Shown here: one piece after another, positions 25,923 through 37,654 of the stretch | Numbering within the stretch: the first letter of the stretch is position 1 | How the letters are laid out: every line of letters begins with the position of its first letter | Assembly: GCA_965113315.1 (NCBI GenBank) | Contig: OZ220363.1 | From: Podarcis vaucheri | Taxonomy: Eukaryota | DNA length: 64,000 nucleotides | Strand: one strand, 5' to 3' | Position numbers and translations under genes: made by a program | Notes under the pieces: model-generated | Seen by the model: only the letters and a program-made list of their open reading frames with translations | What the model was told of the DNA's origin: nothing | Databases searched by the model: none

Positions 25923-27123
25923 CAGAGAGCAAACAACTTTTCTATGCGATTTTTACATAGGATTTTTTTCCTTTTAATTTAATTTCTGAATTATTTATAA
26001 CGTCCGTCCCCCCATTTTTTTAAAAAAAATGGTGGTGGGTGGTATTCCTACTAGCATTGCTGCAATGCAAGTTCCATGCATTCTGTGAAAGATTGAACCC
26101 TTGTGTAATAGCACACACACACACCACTGGTCACAAACTAGCAGAATTAAGTGCATTATAGACCATGGCTTTAAACATGCTTGACTCTGTGCCAGATTGT
26201 GCCAAGATACGTTAAATGTTTGTCCCGACCCCACCCCAATGCAGCTCTCCTGGAAAATGTGTGGGGTTAGGAATGGTCACTTCTCTAAAGGAAGATACAT
26301 TCTTAATTGGGGAGCAGCAACATCACTTCCTACCAATGCAATTCAAACTGGCTGCATTGGAAGTGACTACAGAAATGGCAAAATAAGGAATGATTTTAAA
26401 ACTGGTGCTGTTTAGGAAATACAGAGGTCCAAACCTATAGGATAATACAAGTGATATCAATTGAATAGCAAGTTAAAACATTATAAGAACATTTACTTGT
26501 GATTTAGTGACATTTATTGAAAGGGATGGAATGCCTCATGAGTCTGAGTTGGCACTGGCTAAAATAACTAGATTTTTTTAACGTCAGTGACTACTTACCT
26601 AGTCGCTGGAATACTGATCAGTTCTGCATGTAAGAGCCAGAAGACTGCCATTTGTGTTGACCTGTATATATTTTTAAAAGTCACTATTAATATTGCTGCA
26701 GTTTTTTAAAAAAAGAAATTCACAGGAATCATGATGTTGCCAAGACTTCAGTCATACTGTCTAAAACTATTCTGCTGCATGTCCTGCAGTAATTTTTTAT
26801 TTAAAATATTTCCTTCCCAGGGTCATTTTTGCACACTGAGCTTTTTCAAGGGAACATAAGACATTAAATTCTCCAGTGTGCTTGGCCTTACTTGCACTTC
26901 TTCTGCCCTGCATGTTTTGAATGCTTGAATGCATTCACAGCATGACTTAATACAGAGCTTCCACATACAGAGAGACAAAGTACAGCAACTGCTGATCCAC
27001 CAAGCTAAGCAGCTTCATATGATGGATCTCAAGTGTCTTCCTGGTTTTGCAGTCTTCTGGGACAGGGGCAACCTTTTTAAAGTTGAGGCTTTTTTTTTTA
27101 ATTGATAGCCACGTTCCATTGAG

Positions 27124-27374
27124 GAAGAAGAAGAAGAGTTTGGATTTGATACCCCGCCTTTCACTCCCTTTAAGGAGTCTCAAAGCGGCTAACATTCTCC
27201 TTTCCCTTCCTCCCCCACAACAAACACTCTGTGAGGTGAGTGGGGCTGAGAGACTTCAGGAAGTGTGACTGGCCCAAGGTCACCCAGCAGCTGCATGTGG
27301 AGGAGCGGAGACACGAACCCGGTTACCCAGATTACGTGACTACCGTTCTTAACCACTACACCACACTGGCTCTC
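27124..27374 (-). mobile_element. tRNA-derived SINE with (TTC)n tail (Squam3-like)
   Basis: Minus strand starts GAGAGCCAGTGTGGTGTAGTGGTTAAGA (A box) with GGTTCGTGTC (B box); second copy at 57163-57394. Confidence 0.75.
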
Positions 27375-27548
27375 CAAGTAAGGAAAAAGTAGTTTGGGAC
27401 ACATACTACCAGTGCTTGAAGCCAAAATCAAAAGTGGACAATCCCAGAGCTAACCCCAAGCCCCCATTTTGTCTTTGACTCACTCTCACTCTCACACACA
27501 TCCATTTATTCCCTCAGAATAAACCCAGCCAGATGGGCAGGGTATATA

Positions 27549-27590
<42 letters not shown>
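27549..27590 (+). repeat. (ATT)n microsatellite (L2-type tail)
   Basis: Direct reading. Confidence 0.95.
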
Positions 27591-27591
<1 letters not shown>

Positions 27592-30163
27592 CCCCTTCAA
27601 TAGCCTATCCAGAGATTATGGTACCCAAAATAAATAGCCTCCTCTTCAGTGCAGCTACAGGGCCTGCAATCACCCTCCCTCTGCCATTAAAATAATCAAG
27701 AACATTTCTTGATTCCGCTTGCTGATGCTCTTCATTAATCTCTTACTGTCTGCAGCTTGCTGTACCTTGTAATATAGACTCAGAGACGTGAAAAAGGGAG
27801 GAGTGGCATAGTCTCTGGTGTTGCAGAGAATGGAAAGAAAGCAGCAGCAGCAGCAGGAGGAGGAGAGAGGGTGGTGGGTCCCCTCTCACATTCTCTCATG
27901 CTCCAGCACGCTGAATGCAATGGAACTGGCAATGGATAAGGTCTACTTTCTACCATGCAGGGGTGTAGGGACTAGTACAGAGACACAGGAATGTGAAGGA
28001 GGCCAGCAGATCTGATACCAACTTGGTACATGTGACCTCAGCATGGTGAAGGTGATGGAAGAACAAGGCTCTCCAGACCAGGAATATGGGGCTCAATTGG
28101 CTATAGTTGCATGCACCTGTTTCCTTTTTGTCTGTTTAATCAGTAAATGTGTATACACCTTTTACACATGATGTAAATAATGTGATTATCCCTTGAGAAC
28201 AGCATTTTTCTTTCACAAATAGCCAGTGTGTGATGTGAATGCTTGGAGAGCTTTAACCTTTTGCCCTCCAGTCCCAATCAAGATTGGGTTCTCCATAACG
28301 GCTATTTGCATGGGGTGGGGAACTCTCATGCAAATAGCAGCCATGGGACCCCTGATTGTGAGTGAGACCACATGAGGAACCCAGGGTTGCAGTCTCCCTA
28401 ACTCCATGCCACGGTTCCATTTTGTATAGGGCCCCTGCATTGCACTCAGAGGCAAACCATGTTATTAACGTCATCAGTTGTTTGGCCCACAATTGACAAA
28501 GTTGTTAACCAAGGCAAAGTTCTTTTTCAATGATGCTGAAGGAACAAAATAGATCCACAATTTTTAGTTGGAATTTTAAAACCAGAAGTGAAGTGAGACT
28601 CTACTAGTTCAACACAATCAATTTCTAACAAGACAATGATAGCAGTGATGTAGACAAAGAAGGAAGGAAAGAAGGAAAACAGTCACAGAGTCAATTGTTT
28701 TTGTTTTGTTTTTAAAACAACGTGCAAGAAAGCTCTCTATTAAGTCAACATTTTAATTACGGATTTTAAAAAACTGTTTAAGGAAAAACCTTCCTATGAG
28801 ATGTGCAGACTGGCAAATTCTCCAGAGGACACCCTGTACATAGTATGGTCATTGGTTTGTCACTCCTGATTTTCATTTGCATCACCTTAATGTTTCCATA
28901 GCAGCAGAAATTACATTTCTCAGAGAAAGCTGCCAGGATCAGAGATGTTTGGTGGCACGTCAGCTTAATGATAAAAAGGAGTCCTGCTGATATTAAAGGG
29001 GTGTGTGGAATGAAATAATTGATTCAAATCAATAAGGTACAATGACCGGAAATTACTAACTTTATTAAAAATTGGGGAGGCTAGAAGACATTTGACATAA
29101 TCAGGTATTTAGATAATTGAGTGGTATTCAATTCTTATCAAGAAGCCCTATGATCCATAGAATCTATTTTAGATAATATTTTTAAAAGATGCATTGGTAA
29201 GAGCAAGTACTAAATTTACTTGACAGGACTGACCTATTTAGTGACTAGGTTACATTTCAAGATGCAGGAGGGATTTTAGTCCCTGTGTGAATGGGAAAAT
29301 ACACTGTGTGAATAATTTAATTTAGGGGATCAACACAACAACAGAGCCATGAAAATGTTTTGAACTCCAAAATACTCTCTGAATTGGACAGATCTGTTAG
29401 GGATGGGTGATGGCACAAATCTGATATAGTGGTGATATAAATACCTCAATAGACATCTCACATGTGTTAAGATCATGTTTCACCTGAAAGTTTCCAAGGT
29501 TAGCAAGCTGTAAATATCAACACATATCAGAGCAATCAAAAGATTGGCCACATGTATGGTTTCACCAACTCACCACTTTTTAAAAAAGAAATATGGCTGT
29601 GTGAATCAGTCACCATTCTTGTGTGTTACCATAGCACACATTTTTCCATGAAAAGGATATTGCAAATAATCCAAGCAAAATTCTAATAGCTGAATTGTCC
29701 CTTAGTCCCATATTTAATTTATGAAAATAATATATTATTCAGCTTATAGAAAAATAAAGTTAGACATATTTTACAATAAAGAGGGACTGGCTTGCTCAAG
29801 TTATTTTGTAACTAGTCATCGTTTTTATTTATTATTTTATTTAGTCAGTTTATATATGGCTTACTATACGTAAAGTATCCTAGTTTACAGGATGAGGTTT
29901 CCACACACTGAACAGAGTTATGAGAGTAGATTGTAGACCTTCTCAGTAAGTGCTATTTGTGAGGAATGATGTAAAGAAAGCTTTTTTCCCCTTCCAATTA
30001 TCCACATGGAACTAACTGTGAACTTCTTATGTGTAAAAAGTCTTTTTGCTAAAGGCAACAAATATTAACCAACAATGTCAGGGACAAAGAATTTTGTTCA
30101 AAGATTCTCTATTTGTATAATCACTTGTCTTTAAAAATTTACCTAGTAAGTCAGTGAAATAAA

Positions 30164-30179
30164 CTCCCCCTCTAGTGGC
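30164..30179 (-). promoter_or_regulatory. CTCF-like motif
   Basis: Minus strand GCCACTAGAGGGGGAG; motif match only. Confidence 0.4.
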
Positions 30180-30429
30180 TTTGACAGTCCTGCAACAATT
30201 AACTTCAGACATTTGATTCTCCCTTGATTCTTTTTCTTTGAGTGAAGATACAGTTTCTGTCCAATTATTTTAAAATATTTAAAACTGCTCCAGAAATGGA
30301 GTTCCTAGCTATGATTTACTCCCAATGAGATCTCCTTCGCAACAGAAGTGACATAAGGGAAATCCTTAATCAGTTTCAGCTAAGAGCCTTCTGCGCCATC
30401 TGCTAATAACTATGTTGCATTTATGGCTG

Positions 30430-30850
30430 TGGCGAGACCACACTCGGAAGACCGCATAGAATTCTGGTTGCCTCCGCCTCCAAAAGGAACTGTGGAGCTG
30501 GAAAAGGTAGGGGGAAAGGGCAAGCAAAATGATCAAGCAACTCCCCTATGTGTGAAAGTCAAAACATTAGGAGCTTTTTTGCTTAGAGAAAAGACGAGTG
30601 AGGCATGACATGATAGAGATGTGGAGAAAGTGGATAGAGAGATTTTCTCCATTTCTGGTGAAACCAGAACAAAGAGAAATCCAATTAAGCTGAAAGTGGG
30701 AAGATTCAGGACAGACTGAAGGAATGACTTTTTCAAACAGCGCACACTTAACCATGGAATTCACTCTAACAGGAGGCAATGATGGCCACTGACTCAGTTG
30801 GCTTTAGAAAAGAATAAAATAAATTCATGGAGGATAAGGCTATCAATGAC
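30430..30850 (+). mobile_element. Old CR1 3' fragment
   Basis: Decayed [11 protein letters not shown]...ELEKV-like translation (VARPHSEDRIEFW...VELEKV); aaattcatggaggataaggctatcaa end. Confidence 0.6.
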
Positions 30851-30911
30851 TACTAGTAATACAACATAATTTACAGTCAATTATATAGTATGCGGTACTA
30901 TTATTTAAATT

Positions 30912-31033
30912 TTATGATACAACCTTCCCAGTAACTTTTTCTGATGGTAAGACAATAATGTTGGTAGATTCTGGACCGTGCTGTTTCCGAATTCTGGCAT
31001 AAAGAGCTCTAACTTCCAATTCATGTTTCATGG
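30912..31033 (-). CDS. DCDC1: DCDC1 probable last coding exon, ending at TAA
   Basis: ttcag|CC ATG...; AMKHELEVRALYARIRKQHGPESTNIIVLPSEKVTGKVVS*; a possible donor AAG|gttgta at 30924/30923 makes the exact C-terminus uncertain. Confidence 0.8.
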
Positions 31034-32186
31034 CTGAAACAACAGTTTTAAAATTCAGTTTTGAAAATTATTTGTCTACCAATCTCTTACAACATGCAAA
31101 TGTATAATTTAAGTTGTTACTGTCATACGTTTCAAGTCTTATATTCGTTTATGGACAAGTTATAAGAATAGTTGGATATGGAAATAGGGTTGGGTGATTC
31201 TAGTTTGGAATTAATCAATGGATGTAGATTATTTCTGGACTGGGACTGTTAGGAATGACATGAAGTCTAGGACGTGGATGTAGATACAAATGGAATCTCC
31301 TGGAAATGTCAATGTTCACCTTATCTGCATGGATTCCCCCCCCCCTAATTTTGCCAGTTAGCCACTGAGCTACATTTGATATGTGCTAGTGATATACAAA
31401 GCCCTACAAAGCTTGGGATCGGGATACTAAAAAAGTCTTTCCCCTCATATACCCAACTGATCAGTGCACTCTTTGAAAGGGGGCGTCCTGCAGATGCCAT
31501 CTTCCACATGATGTTGGAATCAGATCTTTACTGTGTAGTGGCACCTATACTTCGCTACATATCAGTAAGGCACCTATTATCTTTTCAGTGCCTCTTGAAG
31601 ACTTTCCTCTTCCAGCAAGTTTTCTAAATGGAGGTTTTAATCCTGGACATGATCTGTATTGGATTGAAATTATTTTCACATATGTAATCATTTTAACTGT
31701 TTTAACTATGTTTATATATATATATATATATATATACACTTTTATTGTTTTGTGAAATAACTTTTAGATGCTTCATAGGAAGCGATTCATAAATGAAATA
31801 ATTATGTGCATGACTGCATTAAAATATTGTGTATTAAAATTATGGTGCAGATATATCACATGGGGCCTTACTCTTTTATGAACAATCCTCTCTGCCACTG
31901 CTTTTTGCTATGGTGAGGACTTGTGGTGGGGCACCAAAATTATCTTATATTGTGCTGAGTATATATAGGGGTGGCATGGGATTAGGATTTCCTTTTTTCC
32001 CCAAGACCCACATACCCCATCACTAAAAAAAATAATAGTGACTGTTATCAGACCTGAATCATTGGTCGTGTTTCTTCTGTGTTAAGTGAAGGGGAAATAG
32101 ACAGTGGCAAGTGTTCTAGAGTCATCAATGGAGTACAAAAGGGCTTCAACTCAAAATAACCCTTAAGTCAAACATATTCATTATAT

Positions 32187-32243
32187 ATCTACATCTACAT
32201 CTACATCTACATCTACATCTACATCTACATCTACATCTACATA
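32187..32243 (+). repeat. (ATCTAC)n hexanucleotide repeat
   Basis: Direct reading. Confidence 0.95.
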
Positions 32244-32396
32244 TATCTGGTCAGGTGCATATCAAACATGGCCAGGGAGAGTTTTGCTAATCACACCTGG
32301 CCATGGCTGCCATCCAGACTTCTTGATCAGCCCACCCATCTCTTAGAAACATAAGACATATCTCTTATCTACAAAAACATCCTTCGGAAAATGTAC

Positions 32397-32547
32397 CTTT
32401 TCTGCTCATAAAGGGATGGCCTGTGCAAACACAAACAATCATGTCTCTTTCTATTTCATCCCATGCCTGCAGCTGCTCACCATCAGGTGTGTATAATGTC
32501 TTTGCAGGTTGTGGCATTTTTAGCTGAGTTGTACAACTGTCAAGTAG
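32397..32547 (-). CDS. DCDC1: DCDC1 coding exon 13 of 14 (C-terminal DCX-like domain)
   Basis: ttcag|CTA...G|gtacat; 151 nt, phase 0 to 1; LLDSCTTQLKMPQPAKTLYTPDGEQLQAWDEIERDMIVCVCTGHPFMSRK, containing the DCX-type LYTxDG...VCVxxGxxF pattern. Confidence 0.9.
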
Positions 32548-33323
32548 CTGAAACATAAAAACTGCATTAGTATTCAATGGTCCATGCTGGTTTGCAAGTT
32601 CAGCTTGCAGGTTAGAAAATACTGGCTTCCAATTCATTAGTGAGAACAGAGGTGCATACCAAGTAAGGCTAATTTCAAGGCAAGTGTTATGCATATACAA
32701 TGTGTTGGACATGGTCTTGAATTCCTATTATTATTATTATTCCTAATATTATTTTTATTGTTGTTGTTACTATTGACAAAGCGTGAAATTCAACGCCATG
32801 CTAAGATTCCAGCAGCACAAAGATTCATGCTTGCAAGAACAATCTCCCCTCTCTTCCCTCTGTCTCTGTTCTGGGGGTGCTCCCAAACCCTCTTGAGAAG
32901 TTTTGGGGAGGGCATGGGGGCTGGCATGGGAAGGAGAGAAGGTCCTGTTCTAGCAGGAATTGTTGTGTGGCCTTCCACTAGCGCAACAACTTAGTAGAAT
33001 AGGACCCAAGCATTCTTTTGCCTGAGAGTCAAGAACTGGATTGAGACTTCACAATTTGCACGGGGTGGAATAAAACAAAATGGGAGATGTATTAGAAAGT
33101 ACTGAATATGTCCAAGCTCTGCGTATATTGGGGGGAAATAGCCAATGTGCAGATTTCATGGCTCAACATATTTGTATCTTATTTGGTTGAAGATTTTTGG
33201 CTCTAATAAATTCGTGACCTTAAACTCCATCCATGTCTCACATTTTCATTCCTGGGTTTGTGGGCACTAAATACAATGGTCTTTAGAAGCACTATTTTGA
33301 ATGAGAGATTTCTTCTGCTTTAC

Positions 33324-33503
33324 CTCTGCAATTGTTTGCCCCCAGACATAAGCTCCTTGCTCAGGTGTAAATCCATTCACATAAGCCCACACTCTTTTAG
33401 TTGTTGGCTGCCTGTAGAGCTCTCTGTGACTTTTCACCAGTAGTTTAGGAGAAAATGGAGAAGTTCTTTTGAATTGTAATGCTTGAAGCTCTGAAAGGTG
33501 CAT
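33324..33503 (-). CDS. DCDC1: DCDC1 coding exon 12 of 14
   Basis: attag|ATG...GAG|gtaaag; 180 nt; MHLSELQALQFKRTSPFSPKLLVKSHRELYRQPTTKRVWAYVNGFTPEQGAYVWGQTIAE. Confidence 0.9.
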
Positions 33504-34085
33504 CTAATATAAAACACAAGTCATGAAGTTCATGTGTGATAATATCTTTAAAATAGTACTATTAGTGAAGATATTGCTGACTACTGATGCCAGTCATTTG
33601 TTGTAACATTTGCACTGTCTGTTAATACTGCTGTTTTCATATATTAATCCACCATATTAAACCATAGTTATTAACTATGATTTAACACAAACCATAGTTT
33701 GTGTTCTTTCTCCTGGATGTGCTCTGGATGTGCTCTGCTGGAGCAACAACCAATAAGCCTTGGCTTGTCATATCATCCAAGACTGGCCTTGTGGTTTGTT
33801 TCTCCCAAACAGTGAGGGGTAAGGCAAGAAGAAGCCTTGGCTACTGCTTGTGACTTGCTTTGTGAGAATCAAATCACATGCCTAGGTTTGGATGACACAA
33901 TAAGGCAAAGCTTGTGGTCCACTGCTGTTGATATGGTGCAACCAGGAGTGAAAGGAGTGAAGTGGGGACTTTTGACTGGGGACTCATTAATCTTAAACCG
34001 AGTAAACTATTAACTATGGTTTAGCATGATATGTGAACCAGGCCTTGTTGTTATTGTACTTCAATGGGTTTTATTAGGTACTGCT

Positions 34086-34274
34086 CCAGTGGGAAGGTAA
34101 ACGGTGTTTCCGTGCACTGCTCTGGTTTGCCAGAAGCGGCTTAGTCATGCTGGCCACAAGACCCGGAAGCTGTCTGCGGACAAACGGCAGCTCCCTCGGC
34201 TAGTAAAGCAGATGAGTGCCACAACCACAGAGTCGTCTGCGACTGGACCTAAGAGTCAGGGATCCCTTTACCTT
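34086..34274 (+). mobile_element. Sauria SINE 3' half
   Basis: gggaaggtaaacgg...cttagtcatgctggccac...cctttacctt. Confidence 0.8.
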
Positions 34275-34859
34275 AAGATGTTTTCATAGAAGCTGGTATT
34301 TAAATATTTTATTAAATTAATAATGATTAAATAAGCTATTTCTTATATGTTGTAAGTACATTCTATGCCTTATTAAGTACATTCAACTTACATTTATAGT
34401 TTTGTACTTCAAAGAAATGTTTTACATTGCTCTGTTCAACATAGTGATTATGTGTTGAAGTCAGAAGCCACTCTACTGTCTGAAGAACGGAATATCCCTT
34501 TGGGAATGAATGTTGAACTTGCTCCAGTAACTTGCTGGTAAAACTGCAGTCTCATAGCAGTGGCAGGCAAAGTTTGCTTCTCTCAGGAATCATTTGGATA
34601 TTTGTGGGAAGTTAAAAATGGTAGCCAAAATATTCAGCAAAGAACCCAATTTCTCTGCCCAGAGCAATTCTGCTCTTATTTCTTCATCTCTTTCCATGGA
34701 AAAGTATGAACAATTCCACTCTCACCTTGCTCCTAATCACAGGAGCTGTAGTTTGAATGAAGAGTTGGTTCAAGTAGTCACTACATAATTTTTATGTTGA
34801 TAGAATGTGACAGCCTTAGTAGTCAGTCAAACTACCCAGCAGAAAGTGCATTTCCATAC

Positions 34860-34996
34860 CTCTGTATGTTGTATGGTTTCCATGAGCCTCATCTCTTCTT
34901 GAGTTTCCTCAGTCCAGCCTCCTTCTACAACCACAGGCTGGAGGGGGCTCTTAGTGGGCACCAAACTGGCTGCTTTAGATTTTGCTATGCGTCGCC
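34860..34996 (-). CDS. DCDC1: DCDC1 coding exon 11 of 14
   Basis: tttag|GG...GAG|gtatgg; 137 nt, phase 1 to 0; GRRIAKSKAASLVPTKSPLQPVVVEGGWTEETQEEMRLMETIQHTE. Confidence 0.9.
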
Positions 34997-36122
34997 CTAA
35001 AACAAGGATGGCCCAAAGAGTTATTCTTTAAGTAAATAAATCAGAGTGTTTTATTTGAATGGCTCTAAGTCTTCTGGTGGCTATTTGATGCTCCAGCAAG
35101 TTTTTTTCTGACAGGAGTGATGAGATGCAGCAGGGAAGGGGTGGTGACAGGAAACCTCTAGAGGAAGTAATTCTTGGTGTACATAGAGTATCTTCATAAT
35201 CTATTGTTGTATATCTCACCGACCCACACACTTTCATGCTAAATTGCCATTTAAGATCTATGGATTACAGGTTTTCTAACCAGATTCTAGGGTAGAGAAC
35301 TACAGTTACTGAGTGAAGCTTAATTAAACACAATGATATAATTATCACATAGTGATAACTACATATATTTTAGCTTCCCTCTAAAAACAGATGGGGGGGT
35401 CAAAGCAACAACATCAGATTATTCAGGCCTTAAATTATTGTCCTCATAAATAATTGCACAGGGTAGCTAAGATAAGCTAGAGCAAATTGTAGAGGCATAA
35501 TGTAAAATATGATGTTCCATGTCAACAATATGGACAAGACTATGTATTTGAGAAAACATTTCCACCCCTAACTCAATGTATTCTTCAGCAGAGATGAGGC
35601 AGAAGCATTGAACCCATATGTTCAGAAACAGTTTATAAAGTAACAAGATTTATCAAGTGAAAATCTGAATGAAATATGTATGGATGATCCCTTCTAAAAG
35701 CTCCAGTTCAAATGTGCTTGCAAACGTGTGATTTTAGTCATGGGGTAGGTACCTGATCTTACTTCTTGCAAATCATACTATACTGTGTCTGTGTTAATTC
35801 CATGACCACCAAAAGCCCTGATTTGGGAACTGCAGGCCAAGCCCAGACTGCACAGTACCCATGATGGAAAGACTAGCATGGGCATAGGAAATCCTACACT
35901 ATGTTATCCTTTCGGGGAATGTTAGTTTAATGCCTCAAACTGAAAAGAACAATAATATACTGTGCATATATAGCCCAGAGTGAACCACCTGAGAAAGAAG
36001 CGCTTTGTGGATGAACCCCATGTGGGATAATATAAAGCTAAATGTGCTTATTTATTATGTTGTGGGAAGAGAACACGATAACAGTGAATTCTGCCATTGA
36101 CCCTGAATTCTGAGATACTGAC

Positions 36123-36224
36123 CTTGTAGTTGTCTCATTTTGTGCTTCATTGCATCTAGGTCTGCCAGAATTTTATCTTTCTCTGACCATTTTTGTCGTT
36201 CTTCCCTCTCTGCATTTTGCAAAG
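36123..36224 (-). CDS. DCDC1: DCDC1 coding exon 10 of 14
   Basis: tacag|CT...G|gtcagt; 102 nt, phase 1 to 1; LQNAEREERQKWSEKDKILADLDAMKHKMRQLQ. Confidence 0.88.
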
Positions 36225-36815
36225 CTGTAATAACGCAAGATACACATTATTTTGACTACAGTTTGTTTCATAGTGATTTTGTACCTGCAGGTCTGTAAAG
36301 ATTAACAGTTAGCATAATTGGATCTGTTTCAGCAAATAGTTTTTTAAAAGAACCAGATACTGTTAGTAAGTTAAATAGATCCAATTATAAACATGTAATT
36401 AAAATGTAAGCTTCTTCATAAGGAACTCTCTCTGAAAATACTGTAAAGTTTAAGAAAGTCTCTGTAGAAAATTTGCAACAGTAGTATTTTTGTCCATGAT
36501 AATAGCCTGTTTATTATTTCTCATTTTACAGTTATTATTTTTTGGATCCCAACTGTGAAACTAGTTCTGTGTGCCCAAGAGCGCTTCTTGAACAGAATGT
36601 ACACAGCCTGCATTGCAAACCACTTTGAACCAGTTTCAAAGACAGTTTGTATTAAGGGGTGGTCGAGCATTCAATGGAAAGGAACCAGAAATCAAGCATA
36701 GTCAAAATAGTAGCTGTCTGGATCCTAGCCAATGTATTGATATATCAGCATAACAATTTCCCCAGTTTAGGTGCTGCCATAACAATAAAAAAAATCATTT
36801 TCTTCCATGACTTAC

Positions 36816-36971
36816 TATCCAAAGGCAAGAAAGGTTCTCCAGTGGAAACCCAGACCTCAACTGGATTTCTAAGAATGATGGTGAGCAAAAAATCATCAAC
36901 CAAGGTCAAACTATCTGGAGTCATCACTGATGGTATAGACTTGGAGTTCATTTTCTCCTCTGACTCCTTAT
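36816..36971 (-). CDS. DCDC1: DCDC1 coding exon 9 of 14
   Basis: pyrimidine tract ...ccaaag|AT...A|gtaagt; 156 nt, phase 1 to 1; KESEEKMNSKSIPSVMTPDSLTLVDDFLLTIILRNPVEVWVSTGEPFLPLD. Confidence 0.9.
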
Positions 36972-37582
36972 CTTTGGAGAGAGAGAAAGAGAGTTATAGG
37001 ACTGCAGTTTTGGTGTCATTTTGTCATCTTTAAAAAATTTCAAATCATACCATATCTTGCTTTTATTTCCCTTTTTATATATTGGGTATTTAAGGTTCGT
37101 GTTCATAGGTGAACACTGGGTGTCCTAACATCAGTAAGCTCTTGCCACCAAAGTGTAGATCCTCAATCATAGTGTTGATGATATACAATAAGAACAAAGT
37201 AAGCTGCCCTATACAGTCAGACCATTGGTCCATTTAGCTCATTATGGTCTTCACACTGATTGACTGGTAGTGGTTTCCAGAGTTTCAGACAGGAGTCTTT
37301 TCCTAGCTATTCCTGGAGATAACACTGAATTAAAGTGTGTGCTCTAACACTATGTTATGGCAGGACTACGAAAAAATTGAATAGGAAAGATGCCCACTTG
37401 TATTAATTACAATACAAGCCTACTTGTATTGGGCAACCACTATTAGATAATTATGAATTTTAGATCTTTGAATATACAGTAGACCCACAACTTACACTTG
37501 ATTTAGTCATGCAATTGCAGCTTTGTGTGGGTGGTGGGAAACTAAATAAATGGAGAACAGTTGGAAGGGACCACCAGAGATT

Positions 37583-37654
37583 TTTCCTGCTTGGCAGGGG
37601 GTCGGACTCGATGGCCCTTGTGGTCTCTTCCAACTCTATGATTCTATGATTCTA
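37583..37654 (+). mobile_element. Very short young CR1 3' end
   Basis: ttcctgcttggcaggggg...cttccaactctatgattctatgattcta. Confidence 0.85.

Noticed and set aside
34860-34996. Possible frameshift in a DCDC1 exon
   Set aside because: On recount the exon is 137 nt (2+45x3) and reads GRRIAKSKAASLVP in frame; there is no lesion.
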